Counted from the first letter of the stretch, positions 43,024-52,781 are shown. The stretch: 64,000 bases of DNA from Trueperaceae bacterium (GCA_965214405.1 OZ243956.1:3904001-3968000), one strand, 5' to 3'. Translations and numbers: made by a program. Notes: generated from the sequence alone by a model not told the origin.

Positions 43024-43102
43024 AGCGTTCTTCCCCCATTTGAGGGTAGCGAGAAGCAAACAACACGGCCTACACTAAACTGATGCAGGCCGTGCTGAGT
43101 GG

Positions 43103-43615
43103 CTATTGAAACTCTACAAAAACGCGCCCTCCTGTGACGCGACCAGTACCTACAGGCGTTACAGATCCATCATCTTCCAGGACCCCGAAATACCCAACTA
43201 TAGTCACGCCTCTCGCCTCTGTGGCCGTCAACCGGATGTCGTGATTCACCTTGACGGTTTCCCCTCTTCTTACCGTGATGGTTTGCGCTTCGTACAAAGG
43301 CTCGTCATCCGCCACAATGAAACCGTCGGGCAGTGATAATGTGTCACAAGTCCCATCGTAGTAATCAACAAGGTTTTCGGAGGGAATAAAGCAGAGGCCG
43401 AAAACTGCTCCTGGGATTGTATCCTCTTCAACCGTCGTGTACTCCGTGAGCCTAAACCCGCCGGTCACTGTAATTTGTAAAAAGTTGCCAACTTCGGCAG
43501 AGTTTGAGTTAACCGTGACGACAGGCTTAAGAACACCCGCAAGCTGGTCCTTGGCGGGTGTGCAGCCACTAAAGAGGAGACTAAGGAAGGTCAACACTAA
43601 ATAAGCTCTGGTCAT
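43103..43615 (-). CDS. Array lipoprotein copy 1
   Basis: Lipobox LFSGC; FGLCFIPS; starts 12 nt after the restored peptidase stop. Confidence 0.85.
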   Translation of the reverse strand: MTRAYLVLTFLSLLFSGCTPAKDQLAGVLKPVVTVNSNSAEVGNFLQITVTGGFRLTEYTTVEEDTIPGAVFGLCFIPSENLVDYYDGTCDTLSLPDGFIVADDEPLYEAQTITVRRGETVKVNHDIRLTATEARGVTIVGYFGVLEDDGSVTPVGTGRVTGGRVFVEFQ

Positions 43616-43790
43616 AGCACGCCTCTTTTACTTGCAGGTCTCAGGGTCAATTGAGCCCAAAGTGTTCTTCTTCAGTATGCCACACATCAGAACAACTTCT
43701 CCTTTTTCTGGCTTCAGACTCGGCAGGATGCGTATGTAGTGCTTCTCCAAAGCGGCACCACCCTTTAAGGTGGAGAAAAGGAGAAGCGAG

Positions 43791-44084
43791 ATGGCAAGGA
43801 TCAGACCCAAACAGTGGAGCAGCGAGGAAAAGACGGCGCTTGTGCTGACGCTCTTGCGAGGCGAGGCCAGTGCTGCGGAACTGTGCAGGCGGCATGGCAT
43901 GAGCGAGAACAGCTTGTACACCTGGCGGGAGCGGTTTTTAGCAGCAGGCCAAGAGGCTTTGACCAATGGAAAAGCGAAGAGAGGAATTGCTTCTAAAGCA
44001 GAGGAAGAGAACCGAGCCCTGAAAGAGGCACTGGCAGAGGCGGTGTTGCGGAACGAGCTGCTCAAAAAAACGCGCCTCGGATGA
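43791..44084 (+). CDS. IS3-family OrfA (HTH)
   Basis: AELCRRHGMSENSLYTWR; A7 run at 44064-44070 before orfB, which is in the -1 frame. Confidence 0.88.
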   Translation: MARIRPKQWSSEEKTALVLTLLRGEASAAELCRRHGMSENSLYTWRERFLAAGQEALTNGKAKRGIASKAEEENRALKEALAEAVLRNELLKKTRLG

Positions 44085-44917
44085 GTTATCAGGAGATGGA
44101 GGCACTTCGGGAGGAACTGGGCTTGGGTGTCAATGCTTTTTTGCGGCTCGGCGGTATTGCTAAGAGCAGCTACTACCGACGTAAACGCGGCGGCAAGGCA
44201 AAAACAACTCTGCAAGCGGCGGTCGAGGAAAGGGTAAAACGACTCTGCGACGAACATCCTCGGCTGGGGCACCGGCCCATCCACGCGTTGCTGGCAAAAA
44301 CGCATCCCATCAGCCCGAGCACGGTCTACCGAATCATGAAGCGGCTTGACCTGTGTCAGAAACCTCAGAAAAAGAAAAGGGTGAAAAGCAGCTCTGCTCC
44401 TCTGGAGCTGGACAACCTTGGCCTCACCGTCGGGCTCGACTTTACGCACTGGGGTCAAAAGCCTATCCTCAACGTGCTGGAGTATGAGAGCCGTTACTGC
44501 TTAGCGTCGGTAGTGAGCGAGCGCGAAACCAGCGAAGCCGCCAAAGAAGCTCTTGACCGTGCTCTACAAGAGGCGAAGGGTCTCGGATTGCCTTATAGGA
44601 ATATAGAAGTCAAGAGTGACCACGGGAGCACCTTTACGGCTGAGACCTTTCGCAGCTTCTTACACGACCACCGTTGTCAACACACGCTCTCGGCGGTGGG
44701 TCGTCCTCAAGGGATGGGACGGGTCGAGCGTTTCAACCGCTCGCTCAAAGAACAGGGGCTTCAGCCTGAAGACCTCGAACCCAGCCAAAGTTTGCAGCCC
44801 ACGCTCGACGCCTACCGCAACTACTATAATATTAAGCGTCCCCACCAAGCCCTCGGCTACAAAACCCCACTAGAACTTCTGCAGTCAAAGGGCTATAATT
44901 CAGTACCGCTAATTTGA
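44081..44917 (+). CDS. IS3-family OrfB (rve integrase core)
   Basis: LDFT, SDHGSTF, VERFNRSLK, YNIKRPHQALGYKTP. Confidence 0.92.
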   Translation: MSYQEMEALREELGLGVNAFLRLGGIAKSSYYRRKRGGKAKTTLQAAVEERVKRLCDEHPRLGHRPIHALLAKTHPISPSTVYRIMKRLDLCQKPQKKKRVKSSSAPLELDNLGLTVGLDFTHWGQKPILNVLEYESRYCLASVVSERETSEAAKEALDRALQEAKGLGLPYRNIEVKSDHGSTFTAETFRSFLHDHRCQHTLSAVGRPQGMGRVERFNRSLKEQGLQPEDLEPSQSLQPTLDAYRNYYNIKRPHQALGYKTPLELLQSKGYNSVPLI

Positions 44918-47070
44918 AGCACTACAGTAGCCTCCACATAGAACTTAGGTAGGACTCAGCGTTAACATTGACGAACCGGCTCGCTACGTTCTCGTACCTC
45001 CCTTGGGGTGTGAGTGGCACGGCAATGTTGTCGTCATCGGTGCCACCATTATCAGCCGGGGTGTCATACCAATCCCAGAGAAACGCCGCCACCCAAATCT
45101 CGACGCCTGGACCTTCGTGGAGGGTGTTAGCAGGCCGGTACTTCCTGGGGTCTTCAATAAATCGAGGGAGTTCCACGGAAACGTCAAGAAAGTACCGCGT
45201 CGTCACCGCCTCGAAAAAGTCCGCCCAGCCCTCAATCATCGCGGCTTCTTGACCGCTGTTGAGAAGCAGGCTGTGTCCGAGACAACCGTAGCAGCTTGGG
45301 AATACTCCTGGCTGGAGCGCCTTAGTTGAGTATCTGTAGTCGGCATTGTAGGAGCTTTCGCCGTACATACGCCGGTAGTACGCCTCGTGCCCGAACTCAT
45401 GGAAAAGAACGTTATCTTCAGTTGCATGACCGGCAACGATGAACATGCGGCCTATAGCGGCGCGTGATGTGCCGTACTCGGTAGCGGGGTAGTACACATC
45501 AACCGGAAAGTTGTTGTAGCCGCTGCCTGTCGACCTCACCCAATCATGCACTTGATTTAATCTATACCAAATGCGCTGGGCTTTAGTGTTATTGGCATTC
45601 GAGGTCGCCGTGATGTCTATAACCTTACCCATCATTTCGTAGGAGTTCATATCGTAGTAGACACCCGTGCGCCACTCATGGCGGTAGTTGAGCACCCCGT
45701 AGTGGGTCGAGACACCTTTGTTGCTTTCACCAATAATCTTGAAGAGCGGGTCCGGGTCGCTGTTGTTGCGAACGGCGGCGTCGCAGGGTGGCAGCGGGAA
45801 ATCGAGCCGACCGTTGTCGCCGACGTAACCGGTATAAAGCAAGGTGCTGTTCTGGTTCTTGTCTAAAACGTCAACGTGTGTACCCTTGGGAACGGCAATG
45901 GCTGTTTCACTTGTGTCTAAGTAGCCGTTGCCGTTAAGGTCGATGCGATGTACAAAGTAGACATAGGTCCAGATGAGAGGCCCCGAGCAGTTGAGCTGTA
46001 AACTCAGTTCGTCGCCGGACGCGCCCGCTTCTTCCGCCAAATCCGCGGGGCCGGGTTCGCCCTCTCCGGTTCCTTCGAGAAAATACTCCACCGCGTACTC
46101 GGGCTCGGTTAAACTGCCATCTAGTGTACTGTACTGAACGCCCTCAATAATTACCACGGGCGGTGAGTCGGGTGCGGGCTCTTGTACCGCGCCGTCTGCG
46201 GATTCTTCTTCAAACCACTCGAGATAATCCTCCTCGGTCGCTCTGGGCAGAGAGTCGAGGTAATTATCTTCATCCACAACGGTTCCTTCCCCGCTGCTTT
46301 GAATGCTGAGACCCGACGAAGGCGAACCGTAGAGGATGTTGAGCGTATCGCTGTAGTTCGTCCCCCCTAAGTTCGCGTTGACGCTAAGCATCAGGTAGTC
46401 GGCTTTATCTACGGTGGCGTCGAAATGCGCCTCCGCCGCGCCTTGTTGGTCCGTACGGAGCATCACGAGTTTCGTGCTGGGCGTGATGCCGGACATCCCG
46501 GTTACCGACACCTCAACCAGCGTGTCAGAAGCCGCACCTGCGACCTTCACGGCAACTGGAAAGGACTGGTTGAGGGGAATTTGCTTCGTCAGGGCTTCAA
46601 TCTTGATTTGCGGTTCCGAAGGGGCTTCTGCTGGCGCGGGCGGGGTCGTGTTACACCCACTCAGCACGAACAGGCACAGCACAAAGACGACGGCAAGAAC
46701 TCTCACAACGAACCTCCACAAGCGGATTTGGCATAGGGGGTAGCTGTGAGGTTCAGCTTGCCTTAAATGTCTATATTAGAGTCCCGCCCGTGTCAGGACT
46801 ACCCCTGTTTGTTTGAAATGATATTAGGCTTACATTCTTCAGATGTCAATATCACGCTGCCTTAATTAAAGTTTAGTGCGTTATGCTCAAGGTAAAGGTG
46901 GCAGGAAAGTCGAGGGCTAACCGTGGTTTGGGTGGGTTGTTCCAACAGAAGACAACCCGGTTTCTACCTTCCTGTTACCTTATGGACGTGGCTAGACGAT
47001 GCTTATCCTCCCGATCCTCCCATTCGATGTCCCGAGAAAAGAAATATATATCCGCTCGAGAAGCACCTCA

Positions 47071-48165
47071 ATGAAAGGTGTAACTGAAACCGAGATAGAC
47101 GCCTTTACCTTCCGCTGGTCGGACCTCCCGCCGCTCACCCACGCGTTGCCGGGGACGGGCGGCGTGATTCGGCGTCGCCTTGAGGATTTCACCGTGGACG
47201 AGGTGCCGCTTTATCTGCCCGAGGGCGGTGGGTCTCACGCGTATGCACTTGTCGAAAAGCGCGGCCTGACCACGCGCGATTTAGTGGTAGCGCTCGGACG
47301 GGCGGGGGTGGCGGAGCGCTCGATTGGTGTGGCGGGGCTTAAAGACAAACACGCGGTGACGCGGCAGTGGCTGAGTGTGCCGAATAGTCAGGCGGCGGCG
47401 CTTGAGGCGTTGGAAGCGTTGGAGGGCGTAAAGGTGCTCGAGCGTTCGCGCCACCGTAACAAGCTGGGCATGGGTCACCTGCTGGGCAACCGTTTCACGG
47501 TGCGGGTGCGGGGGGCGGAAGAGGACGCGCTGGCTCGAGCGCAGGAGGTACTGATTGCGCTGCAAGAGCAAGGCGCGCCCAACTATTTTGGCCCCCAGCG
47601 TTTTGGCCGCTTTGGGACGAACGCGGTGGACGGCCTCAAGCTCGTCCGGGGTGAGTGGGTGCCGGGGGGGCACCGGCTTAAGCGATTTTTTATCTCGGCG
47701 CTCCAGTCGCTCCTTTTTAACGATTTGCTGGCGCGTCGCATCGGAGATGGGCTTTACACCCACGTGCTGACCGGCGATTGGGCCAGAAAGCACAGCACGG
47801 GCGGAACGTTTTTGGTCGAGGATGGGAACGTGGAGAGCCCGAGGGCCGAGGTGCTGGAAATCAGCCCGACGCTGCCGCTGTGGGGTAAAAAGGTGCGGGT
47901 GAGCGGGGGAGAGGCGGGGGCGTTAGAAGAGGAGACGCTGGCGCGTTTCGGCCTCCGCTGGACGGACTTTACGAGTCGCAAGGGCTCGAGGCGCATCACC
48001 CGCGTGTTGTTGGAAGATGTAAAACTTGAAGGAACCGAAGACGGCTACATCCTCTCTTTTGGACTTCCCAAAGGCGCGTTTGCCACCACGGTGTTGCGTG
48101 AGGTGATGAAGGTCGAGGTGGATGTGGGGGCTGAAGATGGTGAAGAGGATGCGGATGAGGTGTGA
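47071..48165 (+). CDS. truD: tRNA pseudouridine(13) synthase
   Basis: EDFTVDE, AGLKDKHAVTRQW, NYFGPQRFG, LPKGAFAT. Confidence 0.93.
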   Translation: MKGVTETEIDAFTFRWSDLPPLTHALPGTGGVIRRRLEDFTVDEVPLYLPEGGGSHAYALVEKRGLTTRDLVVALGRAGVAERSIGVAGLKDKHAVTRQWLSVPNSQAAALEALEALEGVKVLERSRHRNKLGMGHLLGNRFTVRVRGAEEDALARAQEVLIALQEQGAPNYFGPQRFGRFGTNAVDGLKLVRGEWVPGGHRLKRFFISALQSLLFNDLLARRIGDGLYTHVLTGDWARKHSTGGTFLVEDGNVESPRAEVLEISPTLPLWGKKVRVSGGEAGALEEETLARFGLRWTDFTSRKGSRRITRVLLEDVKLEGTEDGYILSFGLPKGAFATTVLREVMKVEVDVGAEDGEEDADEV

Positions 48166-48204
48166 GGGTCGTTTCGGTGGTTCTCCGCGGAATGTGAAAG
48201 TGCA

Positions 48205-48594
48205 TTAGGAAAGGCGCATCAGCCCCGCGGGCGTCGGTTTGAAACCGCACTCTTGATAGAAGGTCTCCAAATGGGGCTCATAATCCACGTGCAGCCAGCC
48301 TATCCCTCGCTCTTTTGCAGCTTGCGTAGCGCGTTTCACAAGTTCCCTACCGACACCCCGCCGTTGCCAGCCCGGATGAACCGTCGTGTCGAGTAAAAAA
48401 GCGTGAATACCGCCGTCCCAGGCGACGTTGACAAAGCCGATGAGCGTGTCTTCATCATAGGCGGCGATGTAGACCAGGCTCCGCGTCAAAACCCGCTGGA
48501 AATCATTATTGACATGGTTCGGCCATGCGCTCTCGAAAAGAGGGTTGAGAATGTCGTTGGATAGGGGCGGGCTCACGCGGTAAGTGATGCTCAC
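48205..48594 (-). CDS. GNAT acetyltransferase
   Basis: VHPGWQRRGVG, FYQECGF. Confidence 0.88.
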   Translation of the reverse strand: MSITYRVSPPLSNDILNPLFESAWPNHVNNDFQRVLTRSLVYIAAYDEDTLIGFVNVAWDGGIHAFLLDTTVHPGWQRRGVGRELVKRATQAAKERGIGWLHVDYEPHLETFYQECGFKPTPAGLMRLS

Positions 48595-48600
48595 CGTGCG

Positions 48601-51033
48601 TTAAGCCTCTCGAGCGGGCCAAAAACGCCGCGCCAAAAGTTCAACCAGAAAAAGGGCTAGACCGAGTCCGGCAAAAAGCGGCCACACGGGCAGCGCGTCG
48701 GATGGGATGGGCGGAGCGTAGACGCCGGGGACTTCTAACACCTCGCCGCCGCTCCCTAAAGATATCTCCTGGAGCAAAGCGCGGGTGTCGGTGGTGGCGA
48801 ATTCCGCGTTGGGGCTCGCCACGGGCGCGCGGGCGGCGACGTCGCTGCCGTTGACGACCAGGAGGGTGCCGCCGTCGGCGGGGGTCTCGAGCCGACCCTC
48901 GTAGCGGCCTGGGGCAACCTGTTCTAAGGGTTGCGTCACGCCGTCGTAGCGGGCCTCCAACATTTGATTGTCGATGTATTCGCCGTCTTTGACCGCGTCC
49001 ACCACGACTTTTAGGCCGGTGCCGTCGGGCGTGACCGTGGCCGAGAACTCCGCCGGGTTCGCCTGGAGCCAGCGCGTGACCGTGCCGAGGAGCGCGGGCA
49101 GTTCGTTCCAACGGCCAAAGTCGCCCGCCCAGGCGTTGAGGTCGGTGGTGAGCGCCGCCGAACGGCCCAGGCCCTGACGGCTCACGGCCAGCACGGGCTC
49201 GCCCTGGACGCCCTCGAGCAAAGTCTCAGCGTCGCGCTTCAAGGACGAGGCAATGTAGGCGTTTAGCGGCGGGACGGTCCCGCTTATGGTGGGGGTGAGG
49301 GGGTTTCTTTTGGCGCTGGGGCTCACCCGCTCCTCGCGTAACAACGAGCGGGTGGCGGTGAGCGCTTCGTTGGTAAAAATTTGGGGCAGCGTGCTCACAT
49401 TCAGCGCCGAGTAGTAGCGCCCGCCGCCCGCGTTGGCGACGGCCTCCAACCGCGGGTCCGCGCCCGCGCCAATCGCAATCGTCGAGGTGGTGACGCCCTG
49501 TGAGAGCCCCAGCGCGGCGAGCGCGGGAAAGTCGACCGACGAGCCGTTCCCGAAGCCGCCGCCATCATTAAATTCGCCGTCCGACAAGATGATGATGTGT
49601 TTGATGGCCGCGTCGCTCCCCTGCAACGCGGTAAAGGCCTCGCGGTAGGCGGGCTCCAAGACGGTGCCCCCCTGCGGCTCGATGTTGAGAATCGACGCGA
49701 GCATCTCGCGCTTGCCGCGCTCGGTCGCCTTGCGCAAATCAAAGGCCCACTCCTGTTTGTCGCTAAAGACGACCATCCCCAGCGTGTCGTCTTGGTAGGC
49801 GAGTTCGACCACACCAATCGCGCCCTCCTTGGCGAGGTCGATTTTGCTCGGGTTGCCCGAACTCATCGACTGCGAGCGGTCGAGCACGATGACCATTGCG
49901 ACGAGCGGCAGCTCAACTTCGGTGCGGAGGTCGGTGTTGACGGGCAACACCGCCTCGACGGGCGTGCGGTACCACGCGCCCAAACCGAAAGAGTCCGGGC
50001 CGCCGGTCATCAGCAAGCCGCCGCCGTTGTCGACGTAACTTTCTAACAGGGAGAGCTGACCGGGGGTAAAAGCCTTGGCACCCTCGCGCAACACCACCGC
50101 GCTGTAGTCGAGCGGGTTCGTGACCGCCTCAGGACTGCCCTCGGTCACCTCGAAGCCCTGCGCGCGCAGAAGCGCGGCCATCGCGGGGTCGCCAACGACC
50201 AACACGGGGGCGCGTTCGTCCACGGCGATGGTGCGCGTTTGGGTGTCGTCGGCGGTGGGCTGGGTCATGGGGGTCTCGAGCCGCGCGCTCACCTCTAAGT
50301 CGCCCGTTCCCCCCGTTCCCCCGGCCTCCTCGACGGGAAAAGAAAAGCGAAAGGGCGTGCGCCCCGCCTCCACGCGTTGCCGGATGGGGGGAAGGGCCTC
50401 TTCGCTTCCCCCACGCTTGATGCTCGGATAGAGCGTCACCTCGGTCGCCACGTCGCTCTCGACCACGGCGGTCACGTCGACCGTCTCGCCGGGGCTCACC
50501 GCGTCGGGGGAGAGGAGCGCGAGCACGCGCGTGCCCGGCAGCGGCGCGACGCGGTAGGTGTCGACGGGCACCCCCGGCAGCGCCAGCCGCGCGTCTCCCA
50601 CGGACTCCGCGCCGTCGGACAAGAGCAACACGCGTTTGGCACCCTCCGAGGCGGCGACTTGTAAAGCCTGGGCCAAGTCGGTGCGGTCGGTTTCTAGGTA
50701 TGGGGGCACCTCGCCCGCCCCGCCCGCAGGCACCGCCGTGGCGTCCGCGGCAAAGTAGAAGAGGCTCGGGTCGCGCTTTAGAGAAGCAAAGTCGAACGTT
50801 CCAAGCGCCTCCACCGCCCCCGATCCGACGCTGTCGGACACGTCAATGAGCACCGCCACGTCACGACCGGGTCGCTCGATTGAAGGTTGCGCGAGCGCCA
50901 CAACGAGGAGTGCCAAGGCCGCGAGCCGCGCGCCCCAAGCACCCCGCCGGGGGAGCAGCAGGGGCAGCGCGGGGAGCAGGAGCAGCGCCAGCAGGACGAG
51001 GGGCGCGCCGAACGAAAAAGACCAGGGTAGCAC
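48601..51033 (-). CDS. Membrane-anchored double-vWA / glutamine-amidotransferase-like domain protein
   Basis: DVSDS and DRSQSM MIDAS motifs, GGGLLMTGGPDSFG, N- and C-terminal TM helices. Confidence 0.85.
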   Translation of the reverse strand: MLPWSFSFGAPLVLLALLLLPALPLLLPRRGAWGARLAALALLVVALAQPSIERPGRDVAVLIDVSDSVGSGAVEALGTFDFASLKRDPSLFYFAADATAVPAGGAGEVPPYLETDRTDLAQALQVAASEGAKRVLLLSDGAESVGDARLALPGVPVDTYRVAPLPGTRVLALLSPDAVSPGETVDVTAVVESDVATEVTLYPSIKRGGSEEALPPIRQRVEAGRTPFRFSFPVEEAGGTGGTGDLEVSARLETPMTQPTADDTQTRTIAVDERAPVLVVGDPAMAALLRAQGFEVTEGSPEAVTNPLDYSAVVLREGAKAFTPGQLSLLESYVDNGGGLLMTGGPDSFGLGAWYRTPVEAVLPVNTDLRTEVELPLVAMVIVLDRSQSMSSGNPSKIDLAKEGAIGVVELAYQDDTLGMVVFSDKQEWAFDLRKATERGKREMLASILNIEPQGGTVLEPAYREAFTALQGSDAAIKHIIILSDGEFNDGGGFGNGSSVDFPALAALGLSQGVTTSTIAIGAGADPRLEAVANAGGGRYYSALNVSTLPQIFTNEALTATRSLLREERVSPSAKRNPLTPTISGTVPPLNAYIASSLKRDAETLLEGVQGEPVLAVSRQGLGRSAALTTDLNAWAGDFGRWNELPALLGTVTRWLQANPAEFSATVTPDGTGLKVVVDAVKDGEYIDNQMLEARYDGVTQPLEQVAPGRYEGRLETPADGGTLLVVNGSDVAARAPVASPNAEFATTDTRALLQEISLGSGGEVLEVPGVYAPPIPSDALPVWPLFAGLGLALFLVELLARRFWPAREA

Positions 51034-51141
51034 CTCTCTATGGTAGCAGGCGGAGGCTGGAGGGGCGGCTACTTAGCGTACGGGGCGGTTACGAATTTTC
51101 ACTCGAGTTCCCCCACCCCTGCCATTATGATGATGCCTGTT

Positions 51142-52317
51142 ATGACCGTGCCGAGCGTTGCCTACTTGCTCATCGCCACCTCCACCGACGAGCGGGGAGA
51201 GGCGTTCGCGCCCGTGGCGGGGGCGCTGGGCTTACAGAGCATGGTCTTGAGCGACGTCGAGGCGCTGCTCTACCACACGCGGGGGGCCGCGCCCGAGGCG
51301 CTGGTGCTCGAGGACAGCCTCATCGCCAAGGTGCCGCAACTGGACCTCATCTCGCTGCTAAGGCGGCGCAAGCCGCTCGCCGAAACCCCGCTCATTTGCT
51401 TGGGACCCGACACGCCCGAACGCCACGTGGCCGCGCTTTCGTCGGGCGCGGACGTCTACCTCACGCTGCCCACGCGCCCGTCGCTGGTGAAGGCCTATTT
51501 GGAGCGCCTCCTGGGCCGCCGCCGCGCCGAGGCGGGCCTGCGCGAGACCCTAGCCAAACTCAGGCAGTTCGAGGCGGCCTACAAGGATTCCGAACGCGTC
51601 AAAGACGACCTCACCCACATGCTCGTCCACGACCTCAAGAGCCCCATCGCCAGCGTGATGGGGCTCTTGGAGCACTCCGTCGAAATCTTGCAGGCCTCCG
51701 GCGACGCGCACGGCACCGTCGAACTCTTGACTTTGGCGCGGACCGAATCGCAGCACCTCCTTAACCTAGCCGCCAACATCTTGGACGTAAGGCGCATGAA
51801 AGAGGGCCACATGCCCTATGCGCCTGACTGGCTGAGCGACCTGCCCGAACTCGCGCAGCAGTCGCTACGCGACGTGAGCGGCGCGGGGCGTGAGCGCCAC
51901 TTCTCCTTTCTGGTCCGGCCCGAGGTGGACGCGGTTTACGTCGACGCCGCGCTCCTGCGCCGCGTGCTCGCCAACTTGTTCGCCAACGCGATCAAGCACA
52001 CCCGGCGAGGCGGGCACATCGACTTTCGGGCTTGGAAACAAGATGATACGTTCGTCTTGAGCGTGCGCGACGACGGCGAAGGCATCCCCGAGGAGGACCA
52101 AAAGCGCATCTTTAACGCGTTCGAACAGTCGCGTCACACGATTCACGACCGCTTTGACACGGGTATGGGGCTCACCTTTTGCAAGCTGGCCGTCGAGAAG
52201 CACGGCGGCAAAATCTGGGTCGAATCTAAAGTGGGGCGCGGCAGTACCTTTTTGTTTACGCTGCCTGCCAGCGTGCCCGCCGAGGGGCAGGCGGACATCG
52301 CGCTTTCTGAATACTGA
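51142..52317 (+). CDS. Histidine kinase with degenerate N-terminal receiver-like domain
   Basis: HDLKSP, NAIKH, DDGEGI, GMGL boxes; GADVYL receiver-like remnant; start uncertain (51127-51142). Confidence 0.88.
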   Translation: MTVPSVAYLLIATSTDERGEAFAPVAGALGLQSMVLSDVEALLYHTRGAAPEALVLEDSLIAKVPQLDLISLLRRRKPLAETPLICLGPDTPERHVAALSSGADVYLTLPTRPSLVKAYLERLLGRRRAEAGLRETLAKLRQFEAAYKDSERVKDDLTHMLVHDLKSPIASVMGLLEHSVEILQASGDAHGTVELLTLARTESQHLLNLAANILDVRRMKEGHMPYAPDWLSDLPELAQQSLRDVSGAGRERHFSFLVRPEVDAVYVDAALLRRVLANLFANAIKHTRRGGHIDFRAWKQDDTFVLSVRDDGEGIPEEDQKRIFNAFEQSRHTIHDRFDTGMGLTFCKLAVEKHGGKIWVESKVGRGSTFLFTLPASVPAEGQADIALSEY

Positions 52318-52427
52318 GGGTTGTCGGGTGTTCCTGTGACTTTTCTCAACGGGTGAGGCTGGGATGATGTATCACAACAAGTTGGACGGCTTCGCACCTC
52401 ACAAATGGGCGCGCTAAACTCGAGTGC

Positions 52428-52781
52428 GTGGCGCAAAAACATTCACGCTTAACACCGAACGGGCGCTATATTTGGTTTACAGAGAGGCTTTGGCAGCTTG
52501 CTAAACCTTTGCCTGTCAAATCCGTCTCTATCGAGAGCATCGCTGAGTTTGACCAAAATTGTTGGTTTGACGCACACGACCTGCCGACTTGCAGGGCCGT
52601 TGCGGCTCACGCTAAACGAATTTATGAGGCTGACTTATCGCACCCCATTATCTTGTCAGCCGAAGGTTTTTTGATGGACGGCGGCCACCGGCTAGGAAAA
52701 GCGTGGTTGCTTGGCTTGAAAAAGATTGACGCGGTTCAATTTGAAGTTGACCCAGAACCCGATGAAGTGCGAGTAAAGTAA
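52428..52781 (+). CDS. Hypothetical protein, ParB N-terminal-like motif
   Basis: ADLSHPIIL...MDGGHRL. Confidence 0.6.
   Translation: MAQKHSRLTPNGRYIWFTERLWQLAKPLPVKSVSIESIAEFDQNCWFDAHDLPTCRAVAAHAKRIYEADLSHPIILSAEGFLMDGGHRLGKAWLLGLKKIDAVQFEVDPEPDEVRVK

Larger units (their letters stand above)
40714..43094 (-). repeat. Five related hairpins, one after each array gene
   Basis: 40714-40742, 41299-41335, 41898-41926, 42477-42502, 43064-43094; each begins ~5-10 nt after a TAG stop; three share CACGGC...GCCGTG arms. Confidence 0.8.
43735..44926 (+). mobile_element. IS3-family insertion sequence, 1192 bp
   Basis: TIRs TGTAGTGCTTC / GAAGCACTACA (TG...CA); 3-bp TSD GTA at 43732-43734 and 44927-44929. 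Confidence 0.92.
43628..46706 (-). pseudogene. Large lipoprotein zinc-metallopeptidase-like protein interrupted by IS3 near its C-terminus
   Basis: GGAGG RBS, GTG 46706; lipobox LSGC; VLFHEFGHE (HExxH) plus EGWADF; IS excision restores ...MWRLRILPSLKPEKGEVVLMCGILKKNTLGSIDPETCK* ending at 43628. Confidence 0.82.

Noticed and set aside
40714..43094. Array hairpins as integron attC sites
   Set aside because: No consistent RYYYAAC/GTTRRRY ends, stems are too short, no integrase is in the window, and the cassettes are all paralogs.
43628..44458. 276-aa minus-strand ORF as a real gene
   Set aside because: Mostly antisense to the IS3 ORFs; only its last ~34 codons are the displaced peptidase tail.
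39647..47000. tRNA-Asp-anchored integrative element
   Set aside because: No integrase or duplicated tRNA 3' end seen, and a core LON-domain gene separates the tRNA from the island.
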